Origin: Eledone cirrhosa
Lineage: Eukaryota
Assembly (NCBI GenBank): GCA_964016885.1
Contig: OZ024742.1
Location: 308,326,001 to 308,390,000 of the forward strand
Reading direction: 5' to 3'
Length of the DNA stretch: 64,000 nucleotides
The notes under the pieces: model-generated
What the model was told of the DNA's origin: nothing
The model's database searches: none
What the model saw: only the letters and a program-made list of their open reading frames with translations
Made by a program: the position numbers and the translations under genes
In this document: positions 14,575 to 29,071 of the stretch, in pieces
Layout: the number at the start of each line of letters is the position of its first letter
How positions within the stretch are numbered: position 1 is the stretch's first letter

Positions 14575-14669
14575 TATATATATACATATATATAGAGAGA
14601 GAAAGAGAGGTTATATATAAATTGTGTAATAATATTCTCTCTCTCTCTATATATATATATATATCTATA

Positions 14670-14734
<65 letters not shown>

Positions 14735-14739
<5 letters not shown>

Positions 14740-14828
14740 GAAGACGGTTGAACTTCTTTACGTTGAGTACTCTCCATATTATTACATTAAGATTGACCAT
14801 ACGGAATTGACCAGCTTCAAACCCGAAT
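14735..14828 (-). mobile_element. Solo PLE-type 3' tail in (TA)n
   Basis: Minus strand reads ATTC-CGTAT..ATATG-GA-GAGTACT and ends TTCGTTT-(TA)n, like family A. Confidence 0.5.
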
Positions 14829-15396
14829 ATATATATATATAGTGAAAGAGAGGAAAGAGAGAGAGAGAGAGACTAAATAAGGTGTGTTGTTACACTGTAG
14901 TTTCACCTGTGTACTCACATGATTAACACTCCAGAATAATAAGACTTACCACTTAAACAAGCATTGAGTACTCATATTCGCGTCCGTCACGATCACACGG
15001 ATTACGAATACATATGTATATATATATCTGCGTTATATATATATATCTGCGTTATATATATATATATCTGCGTGAAATATTTTTCTCCCCTTTCTCTCAA
15101 TTTCAATCACTGTATGTCCCCCCCCCCCACACACTCTTTCCAGAGTTGAAAGAATCTTATTTTTCAGAGCTCTACCTTCACACGAAGCTTGTTATTATAT
15201 TGATTTTAGGACACTTTCTCCAACACCACTGCCCCTCCACTACACTCTATTTTAAGTCTTTTTTTTTATTCAATATCAATATTTCTCGGACCTCCCTCTT
15301 TTTTCTCTCTTTTTTATCTCTCTATCTCTCTTTCTTTCTCTCTTTCTCTCTCTTCTTCTCTCTCTCCCTCTCTCTCTCCCTCTTTCTCTCTCTCTC

Positions 15397-15450
<54 letters not shown>

Positions 15451-15796
15451 GTTAGTCTTATAACCTCATCAATGATTGACGCTTTCCTTTATCCTGTTTA
15501 CTTCAAGTCAGCCACACGTGTACAACAGGAACAATATACAAAACGAAGAGAAATTAGTCTAGATAAGATTTGTACAATATACAATAGATGTGGTTGCTGT
15601 TTAGCCCGGAAATAGGCGTGGAAAGCAGACATACTCATATTTAAAGGCATTCCGCAATTGTCTATCATGAAGTTTTGTATAATAGGGACTAAATTGTAAA
15701 ACGTGTTCTTCCATTGTTAAAGAATGTGGTTTAAGGCAGAATTGATTTTTTTTTTATCAGTTCTAGCTACCATGTAGAGACACGATCGTTGGCACA

Positions 15797-15873
<77 letters not shown>

Positions 15874-16064
15874 CCACACACACACATACACGCACGCACG
15901 AACTCACACATACACAATTCTAGTGGTACGAGCGACTATTGCGCGACTGGATGGTGTACCTCATTCTTGCAACTTACTTTGGATACAGTAATGCATTTGC
16001 ATATATCTGTGAATTGCTTTGGTTTTTACACACATACACACATACACACAGTCACACAGACGCA

Positions 16065-16197
<133 letters not shown>

Positions 16198-17599
16198 TAC
16201 ACACACACGCATACATACACACACACGCATACGAATTCAGACGTGGGTGTGTGTGTATCTTCCCTCCAGTGTTAAATAATTACCATGTGATTACTCGGAT
16301 CGATTTTCTGCTCACACCTGTCCTGAATCAGCTACGTTGGGCTGTTACATGTTAGTGGAAGGGGGTAATTCTAAGTACCCCTTCTTCCAAGAAGTGAAGG
16401 AAAACAGAGCTAGGAGCTAGCTGTGAAACTGTCCAGAAAGACCATGGAACGTGGCAGATGTGAAGGAATCGTACTCTATGACATAGAACAGTTTAAAAAT
16501 AAATACATACATGTGTTTAAATGTATTTAGGTATATATGTATATGTGTGTATGTATTATGCGTGTGTGTGAGTGTGTGTGTGTGTGTGTGTGCGCGAGTA
16601 CGTGAGAGAGAGAGTGAGGATTGTCTGTCTGTTTTTTTTATTTGCTTTGCGTGTGAAAACATGTCTTGAAATTGTTATTAGGATGGTTTTTCAGCTAATA
16701 AATTCAAACCTAGTTATTTTAGATCACAGTTTAAAAAGATTAATTAAAAAGATTAAATGTGACTTGCTTCCCCTTTCATGTTTTGTGTTCTGCATCACTG
16801 TTTACTGTGTTGTTGGGGTTTGATCTTAATATATTGGTTATGAGTATTTACATAAATTATTTACATTTGTCTTTTCCTTAATTTCTAACTATTTTCACTG
16901 ACCACCCTCAAAGTTGTCTGGTTTTTTTTGTTTTGTTTTTTCGCAACTGTTCATTATTTGAGTTTTAAGAATGTTTTACAGATTTTAAAGGTTTCAGATA
17001 TAGTGGTCACTTGTAGTTTATGTAGTCTTATGTGCTGTGGTCTTTCTACATGAATCAATTTCAATCATAATTTAATCCTGTAGCTCGAATATTAATAGGC
17101 ATGAACCTAAATGTATATTATGATATTGGGTCTACAAACACCGTCGACGATTCCTTTTATATTTCGTATAACATTAAGAGCGAGTGGACAGCTGACTTCT
17201 ACGCCAGGGTATATTTTCAATCTGTATCTAACAAACAACAATATCAAGGGGTTGTACTTTAATTTGGCGACAATTCTTTTAAGAGATTCTTTTAGTTGAT
17301 GTATATGTTTGTACGAGTATGTATGTGTATGTGCTTGCTTTTTGTTGCATTATATTATAATTATAATTGTTCAGTCAACTGCGCTGGATTTGAGATTTAA
17401 CTCATAGTTGTGGATGATAATAGCGTTTAAATGGGTATCAAAGAATAGATACCATTACCATTATCTTAACATTCTTATAAATTATGTCTTTCATGCTCTC
17501 TCATTTCTTTCATTGTATGGCCATTGTCAAGTATAATGTGTAGGTGTAAGTAGGTGTGGAAATATCATTTCATTATCATTTTGGTTTTCCTTTTATTCT

Positions 17600-17795
17600 T
17601 ATTATTTGTTGAATAGAAGAACATTGTTGAAAATGCATTATGGTATTTAGTTACCTTATGAGTTAAATACCACCTAGGTCAACATTGATGTTCATCCTTA
17701 TGAGTTTGATAAAATAAACTAACAATCAAGTACTGGGATTGCTTTGAGCGACTAACTCCAAGTGTTTAGTCAGTGACCTTGTGTTTATATTAGAG
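17600..17795 (+). mobile_element. Diverged SINE (main family relative)
   Basis: GAGTTAAATACC..GGTCAAC..TTCATCCTTATGAGTTTGATAAAATAAA. Confidence 0.6.
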
Positions 17796-17990
17796 ACTTC
17801 TTAATTTTCTTTTGATGCATTCCTGTTGTTATCCACCAGGTTTAAAGTTACCACAAAGGCATTCCTACCACTCTATATGTAGTTGTGGGTTTCACACATA
17901 TATAATTCCCATTGTTAATCTATCTATTCGACATAAATGTGTGTGTGAATGGGTATTAAATCGTTAATTCTTATATATTATATTATATTT

Positions 17991-18177
17991 GGTGAATTGG
18001 CAGTATCGGTAGAGGGTTGGACACCATGCTTTCTAGCATAGTTACGTCCCTTTACAGTCTGAGTTCAAATCCCGCCGAGGTTAACTTTGCCTTTCATCCT
18101 TACGGGGGTCGATAAAATAAAGTACCAGTAATGTACTGGGTAATTGCTGGCCCTGTGCCTAAAGTAGAAACAATTAT
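17991..18177 (+). mobile_element. tRNA-derived SINE (main family)
   Basis: Full match to 5331-5520; flanking direct repeat ATTATATTATATTTG. Confidence 0.9.
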
Positions 18178-18351
18178 ATTATATTTGATTTTACATTGTT
18201 AATCACCGTAGCTAGCTATTTCTCTTAAAATTTATATTAATCAAAACATCATTTGGGCTATTAACACTAAGCAGCTAAGACAACAATTTCGATTATATAT
18301 AAAAGCGCTTGCTCCCCTTCAAATTGCACACCCTATGTATATATATACATG

Positions 18352-18384
<33 letters not shown>

Positions 18385-20494
18385 CAACCCTTAGTAGGCA
18401 TCTATTAACTCTAATCCTAACCCTAGCCCTATAGAAACAAATAACTGCCAAAGCATTACGATCTTTCCGAATGTTAAACTGAGATAAATATATATATATA
18501 TATACATTTCTTTGTTGCATATTTAAAATGGATATATTTCATTCACATTGAGAATAAAAATATAACCATTACATTCATTGTACTATCAATACATGTAAAA
18601 CAAAATTTGCTATCAGACAATATCAAAGAACCAATTTGGTATTGTCTTAACCTAACGTACACTACACTCACACTTTTATAGATTCAATTTCTGCTGAAAT
18701 TGAATTTGTCTATTATTATTCTGTTAACATGTAATACAAAACATATATTTAGGAGGGCGTCCTCTTACGCAAAGTTATTTTGAAATTTCTGAAAAAAAAA
18801 TCATGATTAACCAAATAAAATACAGCTTGGAGCGGAGATTTACAGCATGCAATATTGTAATATTCTCTCTGGAGTTGCCAATCAAATTAACATTAAAGTT
18901 AGACGAAAATATATTGCCGAAAGAAAGAAAATTGTGTAATTTTAGATGATGATAAAATGTGATAGAGAAAGTGAAGGGAAGAAATATAAGCGATGAAAGA
19001 TGAAAATAGAATGAGAGTGAAATAGATAATTAGATGGGCAAAACCAGAGTTTAGAAGGAACGTCATTAATCTGTAAAAAGATACACATTTCGATCAAATA
19101 TAATTTAAATGTTGTGATCAAATAACATTAGGGAAAAATATAACTTTGGTTGAATGCAACCAGCCGAAAGGTGAGAGCTAATAGCTATGACGTATGACGT
19201 ATGACATAATGATTTCTTGAAAAATGGGCAAAACGATAATGTCATCTTTAGAGCTTTTTATTAGACCACCTATCTGCAACCATTCAAAGAAACAACGTGG
19301 CATGGGCATGAACCAAATGTAGGATGTCATGATGTTTATGACCTTTATGACATACCCATCTATATAAGAGTGAATTGACGCAATTCTAACGAGAAGTGGA
19401 ACTACATGGGAGAATTTCCAAGCTCGAGAATCAACTTAAAAGCACCGGATATTCCTATTACATCACATGCCATGAGCTACTCAATTTATTAGTGTCTATA
19501 TATTATATCTTGCACATACAACAAAAGAGCTGAGGCAAAATGTCTCGATATAAGTTTTAACAATTGATGTATAAGACCTACTCTAAGTCAGAAATAAAAT
19601 ATGCATTTGAACTCTTTATATTTATTTAGGCGTTGGGAATTTATTATTTGTGAATCTATAGTTATATAACTCCATGCGTATGATTTCTATGTGGTGAATC
19701 AGCTACATATGTATGATTATTTCGTGACTGTTCGAGTAAAATTCATGTATTTCTGTCAAAACAAGATCACATAGCTTAAATACAAACGTATTCCGTATGT
19801 TTACTCTGATATTTTCATTTTATTATTTGCTCTAGCCTCGAAAATAGAATGAGTTTAACGTGTTTCGAAACTACAATAATATAGTTTTCTATATCGATAT
19901 ATATCGGTGCGTTAAGAAATATAGCGAAAATAAAGAATCAATAATACATAATTTATTATTGCTATTAATCGATAACGATGCTGGAAGCTGATTAGTTACC
20001 AAAATAGAAAATAAATCAACCAGTGATTAGGAGTTTGTATAGAATCACATGTTACTGATAAGAAACTATTTAGAAATCATCACAGGTATTCTGGTTTGAT
20101 TGTCATCCACACTTGTCATACAATCCCTTGTTGCTGTTATTCAGATCTGCTATTTATTTATGGAAATTGCTTTTACACTGTGGTCAGCATCATTGTTTTT
20201 GATTTGAGGAACTGGGATGGTTTGTCGGTGGATTGTTTCTAGTTATATATTCGGCTTTGGCTTTTATAGTTAATGAGTTTCTGACTTGAAATCTGCATGT
20301 CACATCTTTCTCCTACCCAGGACAATATTTCACAGAGATATGCACATGTCAAGCATTTGTGATGTGAATATAAAACAGAGGCTGTTATTCGTATAAATGC
20401 AATAGAAATATATACTCACTTATAGATTAGAGAAATAATAGTATAAATAAACATTTAAACAAAATACCCGAATACATGTACACAAACTCGTTTG

Positions 20495-20770
20495 TGGTAC
20501 TGTTGTTGTAGTTTTTGTTGTTGGTGGTGATGGCGGAGGTGGTGATGGTGGTGGTTTGGGGTAGTTGTGGAGCTTCTGCTGGTGCTGGTGGTCCTGCTAA
20601 TGTTGATGATTGGGGTGGTGGTGGTGGTGGTGGCGCAGTTGTCGATTACTGTGATGGTGACGGTTTTGTTGTTGTTGGTTGTGATGTTTCTATTGTTGTG
20701 GTTTTTGCTGGTGGTGATGGTGGTATGAATGTTGGTGGTTTGTTGTGTTGTTGTTGACAGTGGTAGTTGT
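20495..20770. repeat. Degenerate (GGT/GTT)n low-complexity tract
   Basis: Seen directly. Confidence 0.9.
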
Positions 20771-21522
20771 AAAAGTTCTCAAAAACACACTGAGCCTATG
20801 GTACATCACTAAAGATTTCCCACACCATGTAATTTTTTCTAAAGTTCCCCTAACTCTCATCGGTAAATTGCAATAGTTTCAGCTAAACGTTTACATCTAG
20901 TTTTAGCATATTGTTAAGATGCATTTTTCTAAATCACTGACACATTGTACAAGCCATTTTTCCAGCTTGATTTCTAACTCAAAATCAAAGAGGAGACATC
21001 TATCTGCAACAATAACTTATTCATATCCTCTAATTGAGCCCAGCAATAACGCTGATATGTGTGTGAAGTCAGATATAGAATACATGATAACTTATAACAC
21101 TTTTCTTGACTGATTTACTAGAAGCATTGTCCGCAGATTACACAAACGTATCACAAAACACATTCACGTAAGTGCTTCCTCTGTTAAAACCACATCAGAA
21201 AAATCACAGAAAAATCACAGCCTAGATATCAAAGTTATCATTGATGTTACCAATAGGAAAGTCGGAAGTTTGCGTATCAAAAACGTTGTACAAGTGAGCA
21301 GCACGAAACTTATCATAAATAGCATGAAACCCATTGGTTATTGTGTCTGTAATAATCAATACAGGTTAACACTCATCTGGAGTAAATTCTACGCAGTGAG
21401 ACTCGGTCGTCGCAAAAATCACACATATGTAAGCTGTTGTTTTGTTTCTCTAAGTTGTATTTCTAACTTACAACGTACCGGTTTCCGAAAACAATCATAA
21501 CACACACACATACAGAGAGTGT

Positions 21523-21553
<31 letters not shown>

Positions 21554-21598
21554 CGTGCGCGCGCGCGTGTATGTGTGTGTGTGTGTGTGTGTGCGTGC

Positions 21599-21672
<74 letters not shown>

Positions 21673-22214
21673 ATGAGTTTGTGTGCGCAATAATAAATTT
21701 AGGTGTTTTTCCTTGAGCAATGTTGAGGGAAGTATTTCGGTAAAAATAATACAAAATCTACTGGCAGACACACAATGGTATTTCTGCCATGCCAATATTA
21801 GCGTGACTATTGGAAGAAAGCATTGAAAGAAATGAAAGCGTGACCTAGAATATATAAGATTTAATTTGATTCTGAAAACAGCCTATTATTTTCTTTATTT
21901 AGCTATTTTCATCTATTTTAATATATTGTCGTATATTCTCATCGTCAATAGCAATGTAAATTGACTTTCCATTTCCGTAGGAGTTTATGATTTATTATCG
22001 TGGCACAATTATAGTGATATGAAATGGAACCAAATAATTGAAAAGATGTGAATTTAGAACGTCAAATAGAATGCCCTGTTATGTTTGCTCCGGCTGTATG
22101 TAATGTGAGTTCAGATTTTATCGACGTCTAGTTTGCCACATAATCTGGTTGAGTCAATTCACCAACTCAAGTCGAATTATCTCATTCTCTTTTTTTATCT
22201 CCCCCCTCTCTCTC

Positions 22215-22258
<44 letters not shown>

Positions 22259-22864
22259 TCTCTCTCACTCTCTCTCTCTCTCTCTCTCTCTCCCTCTCTC
22301 TCTCTCATGCACACACACATGGTTGTCAGCATTGCACTGTAAAAATCCTACAGGCACATGCACACATTTATATATACATATACCCCATAGCTGGAGTACA
22401 GTTTATTTATTCGTTCGTAGCTTCTGATTAACTCCATCATTAGAATGAATGTGCTTATGAAAGGGTTATTACATTTCCACAAAAGGATATTGGAATAGAT
22501 TGGTAGAGGATTCAGTAACGTGAAACGGAATTCGTTGAAGTATTCAAATTATTTAATTTTCATTTATTGGCTTTGATCAGGTGTCAGTGGTTGGAATATC
22601 AGCTGAAACGGATGTGGTATTGAAGGATGTATAGGATGATGTCTGTAGGAAGGATCAGGTTTTTTTTTCTTTCCTTTACTGGATGCGGTACATACTACTA
22701 TATTAGAATTGCTAATATAAGGTATTACCTTCTGGCTTTGGACAATAATCTGTGCAAGTGGCCTTGTGGAATGTCAACTTGTCTGCATTTGATATTTATT
22801 CGAGAACAATAAGTTTATGTGTCTACACGCGTAGATGCGCTTTGCTATTTTATTTAACACGTTT

Positions 22865-23080
22865 GTTTCTGATTTTGGCACAAGGCCAACAAATTTGGGG
22901 GATGGGAAAGTCAATTATGTCAACCTCAGTGCATTACTGGTATTTTATTTCATCGACCCTGTAAGGATGACATGCAAAGCTAACTTTGGCAGGATTTGAA
23001 CTCAGATCATAAATGGGTGTAACCCTATGACATAAGGCATGTTTCCCGGCGCACTACCGATACTTCCAATCCACTGCCCA
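22865..23080 (-). mobile_element. SINE (main family, older)
   Basis: TTTCATCGACCCTGTAAGGATGA..GGATTTGAACTCAG..CCAATCCAC. Confidence 0.85.
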
Positions 23081-24291
23081 TATTTAATTTAACAAATTGA
23101 AATGTCATGTTGTGATGTTTTAATTATCTGCTAAATGTAAGCCGTATCTCTTCTTTTCTTCTTCCGCTTCAGATCCTATTGCGCCACGGTAACAGACTGG
23201 GCGGCAGGGGGGGGGGGGCTTTTCACATGATCGCAAGCCCTGTGACGGATTTACTTCCAGTTCAAGCCCACATATCTCAAACAGTTCTTGTCGGCCTTGT
23301 CTTGTTTACTACACCTCACTGGGGCAACCTTATATTTCATCTTCCAGAGATTCATAATATCAATATACTAATTATGCCTTATGTGAGATTATTATATCTT
23401 TGTTATTAATTCCTTCTTTCGAGGACGACACAAAGTATATACTCGGATCTACGCAATCCAGTTTCCTCTTTCGTAGTGAGTGACCTATATTATTTAGATG
23501 TTTATTATATTGAATAGGCAGGATGGTTAGAGGGTCGGGAAAACTCGGCTCTTTGCCGAGTGTATACTTGTTTTGCATTCTTCAAGGATCGAGAAAATCT
23601 CGTACCAGACAAACCGTTAGGCCGAATTAATCGAATAATTTCTCCGCACACGTTTCTAGCTCTGTAGCTTTGAAAGGATTTAATATATGAGAACGCTAAT
23701 TTGACGGACAGAATGCATTGTAATATTTACTTGGACTCTTCTACGTCTTAATTTGCTTTTCACACTTCAGTTATGAAATATGTACCACTCATGTGCTGGT
23801 GTTTATGTAAACGCTCTAACGTGTATTACATCGCTCCTTTGCCTGGAATCGGACTTCCATCGGTTTGGGTCGGTGATGTTTCCAGTTATTCTATCAACGA
23901 TAGAACCTACTCTATTTCGTCTACTCAATTTCACTCACAATATTTGAGTCGACCAAGACATAGAGTAAATGGCACTTACAAGGTGCCAAAGTGGGATCGA
24001 ATCTGAACTATTGATTGCGAAACGAACTTCTTAACCTTTTGGTTATTATCCTTCCTCGTTTCTATGCAAGGGACCGTTAACATTAACAATTTGTATGGCT
24101 GCCATATTAAGTAGGCTACAATTCTTCGTACATTGTTGTGATATAGAGGGCAAATTATTTTAGTTTTGTTCCAGATCTCCATTAATAGAAATTAATAACT
24201 GCAAGAATAGAACAGTTTTACTTTTCCAATAGAAAAATGAGCGTATAAGCCTTAGAGCCAAACTATATATATATATATGTATGTATGTGTG

Positions 24292-24357
<66 letters not shown>

Positions 24358-24374
24358 CATACACAGAGGTGTTC

Positions 24375-24620
24375 GCATCTTGCCAACACCGCTTCCGACA
24401 CTCTTTCCAAAACTTTAAACCCTATATATAACAATGTCAGACTAGAACCGTCACTACCCCTAGCAATTAGCATCAATAGCACACCTTACACCTCATCTCC
24501 ACACCCATTTATATACTCTAAAGGTAATACTGGCAGCATTTTAGTACCATCTACCCTGGGGATATCCCCATGTACTTCTAATTCTGATATCTCGGCCGTG
24601 GACTACTGAAACTGCATTGC
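24375..24620 (-). pseudogene. RTE LINE RT N-terminal fragment
   Basis: Minus frame [44 protein letters not shown] matches RTE IP.DW..PIYKG.GD..YRGISLL..KVLER. Confidence 0.6.
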
Positions 24621-24779
24621 ACAAATATATGATTAATATAAACTGTAGACACGGTATTGGTTGTGATAACATAATCCTGTGCATGGAATGCCACGATGAG
24701 ATAGATTGGTGATTAAGTAGGTAATCTTATTGTTATACGATCAGTTAAATAAATTATGCACAGGTGATACATGAGTTAG

Positions 24780-25600
24780 GAGTTTCTCTGTTGCTTGATG
24801 ACCTGATTGGTATCTTTTGATGAGAGAACTGGCCCCCGTACCACCCTGGTGAATTTACCGGGGATGCAGTCATACAATGACCTGAAACTTGCCGGGAGTC
24901 TTGTATGATAATAAGACCATTATTAGTAGTGAGACCCATATAATTAATTTTGTAGTCTGACTCTTCTTATAGATTGTCCAGGTGTGGCACTCCATATTAG
25001 ATTGTAATCATCATGATATGAACTCCTTTAGTACTTATTAATAGACTCCACTCTAATTTGTAGATAAGATACCTAATTTAATTTATATGTGAGATGGGAG
25101 TTTATGTATTGCTTGATGGCCAGACTGGTGTCCTTATATGAGAGATTTGATCTCCAGATTGTAATCATCATGATATAAACTCCTTTAGTACCTATTAATA
25201 GACTCCACTCTAATTTGTAGATAAGATACCTAATTTAATTTATATATGAGATGGGAGGTAATCTATTGCTTGATGACCAGACTGGTGTCTTTATATGAGA
25301 AATTTGATCTCCGGACCATCCTGATGATATTCAGATTTACCAAGGATTCAGACATACAATGACCCAGAGCCTACCGGGAGTTATATATAATAATAGGACC
25401 ATGCCAGGTCCTGCGGGAGGAATTACATTTACAAAGAACATTGATTTGGAGGTCTGACTCCTCTTATAGAATGTACAGATATGACACCCCTTAATAGAAG
25501 GTAATCATCCTGATATATACACCTTAGTACTTCTTAATAGACAACACTGTAACCTATAAATAAGTAACATAATCTAGAAATTAGTTATAACATCATATGA
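24780..25600. repeat. Nested tandem duplication: a young 157-bp unit twice (24999-25155, 25156-25313) inside an older, roughly 330-bp duplication
   Basis: AGATTGTAATCATCATGATAT at 24999 and 25156; TGCTTGATG, ATACAATGACC and GTCTGACTC each recur. Confidence 0.85.
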
Positions 25601-26182
25601 TAGACACTTATTTGAAACACCATTAATGTAATTTAGGATAGTAAATTTAACTAAGAAAACCAGTTAGTTACCTCCCCTCACGCAATAATTCCCCTGGTCA
25701 TACAGACACTTCTAGAATATAATATCATCACACAAAACTAAACAACATGATCTATTAATTAAGAATCGACAAGATACGGTTTTTAACTTGGTTATATGCT
25801 GAACCATCGTGAATTATATGATAGACCCGTGCTCTATATATTGCGTCTCATGGATTATGTGAGTGGTGGTGTGAGCGAAGACAGTGGTACTGTTTTGCCT
25901 ACGATATAATATGGTTTATAATATGTTTGAAATTTTTGATATTTTGGTGTTTCTCTACATTCGGGACTGTATATCATACAGGTGTATGCGAATAAATGAT
26001 TTAATAATTCAGCCCACATAATAATATCGATTGCCTGCTTCAACTGCCTGACCCGGCAAATAACATTCTGACGCACTCTAATCCTGTATAAATAAGACAC
26101 GCGTGCATGCTACACGTGAGATTGTTTCATACACTGACTACTCTAAACTTTCCTCTTGCTTTATCTTCAGTCTGCCAATGCT

Positions 26183-26281
26183 TCATTTTTATTTTCATTT
26201 TTATTTTTATTTTTATTTTTATTTTTATTTTTATTTTTATTTTTATTTTTATTTTTATTTTTATTTTTATTTTTATTTTTA
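26183..26281. repeat. (TTTTTA)n simple repeat
   Basis: Seen directly. Confidence 0.95.
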
Positions 26282-26687
26282 ACCTTTATATGTAAATTGC
26301 CATGATATATCATTTTGATGGATGTCATCCCACTGTGGATCAATATGTACATATGTTTTATATATCTCTTGTGTTGAAAAGGAGGTCAAGTATGTTATAG
26401 ATCACTAAATAGTTGCTCCGAAGAATCCAAACCTCGGTTTGGAGGAAACAATTGTAAGCAAATAAATGATTTAAACTGAACTTTGATTATTGTAATCTCT
26501 ATATAACTGCTCTGTAAAACAACCGATGTTATTACATTGAGCTATTTATCTTACTGGTAATAAGATAGTAATTAATGACTATCTTTCACTATTTAAGGTT
26601 TGTATAAAAAATATATTATCATAAAAGGTTTTATTATGTACATAACCATAACTAGTATCCTTAATACTGATATATATATATATATTT

Positions 26688-26930
26688 CACATTGCTCCAG
26701 TTTACTCAGCTGTAGAAATTTAGATGATAGGGACTGGGGTCACTATCATTCCACTGTAAAGTGGTCGTGGAGGTGCCACGGCAAAAAAGCACCCAGCACT
26801 CACTGTAAATGAGGTTGGTGTTAGGAAGGGCATCCAGCTGTAGAAATCAAGCCAGAATCAGTTCCCGTCCCACCCTTGCAAGCAGGGAAAGAGCGGACGT
26901 AAAATGAAATGAAAATGAAATGAAATGAAA
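26688..26930 (+). mobile_element. 5'-truncated SINE with an RTE-derived 3' tail ending in (TGAAA)n
   Basis: GTTAGGAAGGGCATCCAGCTGTAGAAA; 26864-26890 is identical to the 3' end of the RTE at 29099-29125. Confidence 0.8.
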
Positions 26931-26980
<50 letters not shown>

Positions 26981-27314
26981 TTTTGAAAAGTATCTATATT
27001 TGAAGTTCTTTTTAAACTTTAATTAGTTACCTACCTAGCTGTGTGTGCTTACACTCGTTACAAATTATCCGCTGTGATTGTTTCATACTCGTTCATATAT
27101 ATATATATCTATCTATATATATATATATAGAGAGAGAGAATTTAGTATATCTACTAACATATGCGTACAGATGTACGCTAATGCTAGCAAATACACAGGT
27201 TATGTCATAGTACCTAGGTGGTTCAATGCAGGAGGATGCAGAACAATAATATAAAAGACGTAAAATAAGAAAATTAAAATTTTTTTTTTTTTAAATTAAC
27301 TTACTAAAATGTTC

Positions 27315-27396
27315 ACTCCAACTAATTAGTTTCGGCAATGGGATAAAGACAGTTACGTAATTTAACTGTCGAGAATTCATTGCGTCATCAGGGAGT
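27315..27396 (-). ncRNA. Type-I hammerhead ribozyme motif
   Basis: actcc-CTGATGA-c-gcaatg..cattgc-c-GAAA-ctaattag-TT-ggagt; predicted GUU cleavage. Confidence 0.85.
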
Positions 27397-27807
27397 CTAT
27401 TCTCAGCTAAGTCTCCAGGCAATGCGCGGACACTGGGGACTCATATAAAAATAATAATAATTTAGTAGATGAAACAGCTAGCGGGGACTGGATTCCATGC
27501 ACTGAAAAGCTCGCTGTCTCTGGTCAAGTGGCTGATTCTAAAGAACCAATCACGTGACACTGAGGCTAGTCGGTAGGAGTGGGATGGTAAGATGACAGAA
27601 GCCTACTATCACAATTTTTTTTAAAATTAACTTACTAAAATTTTCACTCCTTGATTGATTCCTTAGAATCAGCCACTTGACCAGAGACAGCGAGCTTTTC
27701 AGTGCATGGAATCCAGTCCCCGCTAGCTGTTCCATCTACTGAATTATTATTATTTTTATATGAGTCCCCAGTGTCCGCGCATTGCCTGGAGACTTAGCTG
27801 AGAATAG

Positions 27808-27889
27808 ACTCCCTGATGACGCAATGAATTCTCGACAGTTAAATTACGTAACTGTCTTTATCCCATTGCAGAAACTAATTAGTTGGAGT
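27808..27889 (+). ncRNA. Type-I hammerhead ribozyme motif
   Basis: Inverted copy of 27315-27396, with palindromic stem III CTAATTAG. Confidence 0.8.
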
Positions 27890-27949
27890 GAAAATTTTAG
27901 TAAGTAAGTTAATTTAAAAAAAAAATTTTTTTAATTTTCTTATTTTACG

Positions 27950-28302
<353 letters not shown>

Positions 28303-29071
28303 GTATATATATATATATATATCAATCGATTTCTAGTTAATATAAATGCTCGGATGTATTCATTGGAAACTTTGAGCATATTCTACAGAGGTTATGGCGC
28401 ATGTTTCTCAGATATGACATCCTTAATTTAATTTTGGCTATATATACGGCTCCTTAATTGTAGAACTAACTTAGTTGAAAGGACTTGGCTGCTATATCTA
28501 GCTGTCGATAATCCTATTCACGCCACTGGGATGACGCTGGTACGATGTATGTATTTTTTGTAAAAACGCGACAGATCTGCATTTGCTGTGTAAACACAGA
28601 TAGTTAAATCTTCTCCTTTGCTGACGATTCGGATTTAACTACTGTGATTTACCGACTGATGGTGAAATATTTTTCTTTATTTAATGAAATATATTCAAAG
28701 GTGTTTAATCCTTTTTAAATGGTATCTATATTTGAAGTTCTCGTTAAACTTTAATTAGTTACCTTCCTAGCTGTGTGTGCTTACACACTTTACAGATTAT
28801 CCCCTGTGATTGTTTCATATGTTTATTTTATATATATATACATATATCAATCGATTTCTAGTTGATATATATATATATTGCTTACGTCAAGTGAATGCTT
28901 ATATATTGCTAAATCTTGTAATATTTAAACACATATATGAGCCCGCCCGAGGTGAAGATGAAGACCGTAGGGAGAAAGGTAAGAAATAGAATTTGAGTCC
29001 ATGCCGCTTCTTGATTTGCTTTCCTATTATTACATATATATATATATTTGTATATGTATATATACATCTAT

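Larger units (their letters stand above)
27140..27957. mobile_element. Asymmetric inverted-repeat HHR element: long arm on minus (27650 to about 27140), short arm on plus (about 27652-27957)
   Basis: About 300-bp near-perfect inverted repeat, an HHR in each arm, and a tail hairpin at 27221-27244 in the left arm only. Confidence 0.85.

Noticed and set aside
14928-14972. ACTC...TTGAGTACT resembling the tail hairpin
   Set aside because: The upper stem does not pair, so it was not counted.
18320-18345. Tc1/mariner-like terminus (AGGGTGTGCAATTTGAAG on minus); a similar motif near 40415-40427
   Set aside because: No matching partner TIR found.
18400-18430. Degenerate (CCCTAA)n
   Set aside because: Only 3-4 imperfect units; not an interstitial telomere.
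20515-20757. Gly/Val-rich 80-aa ORF
   Set aside because: GGT/GTT low-complexity sequence.
23372-23760. Possible PLE linker remnant (LPIQYNKHLNNIGHSLRK)
   Set aside because: Too weak without a profile search.
28620-28675. CTGACGA...GAAA
   Set aside because: No stem I or stem III pairing.
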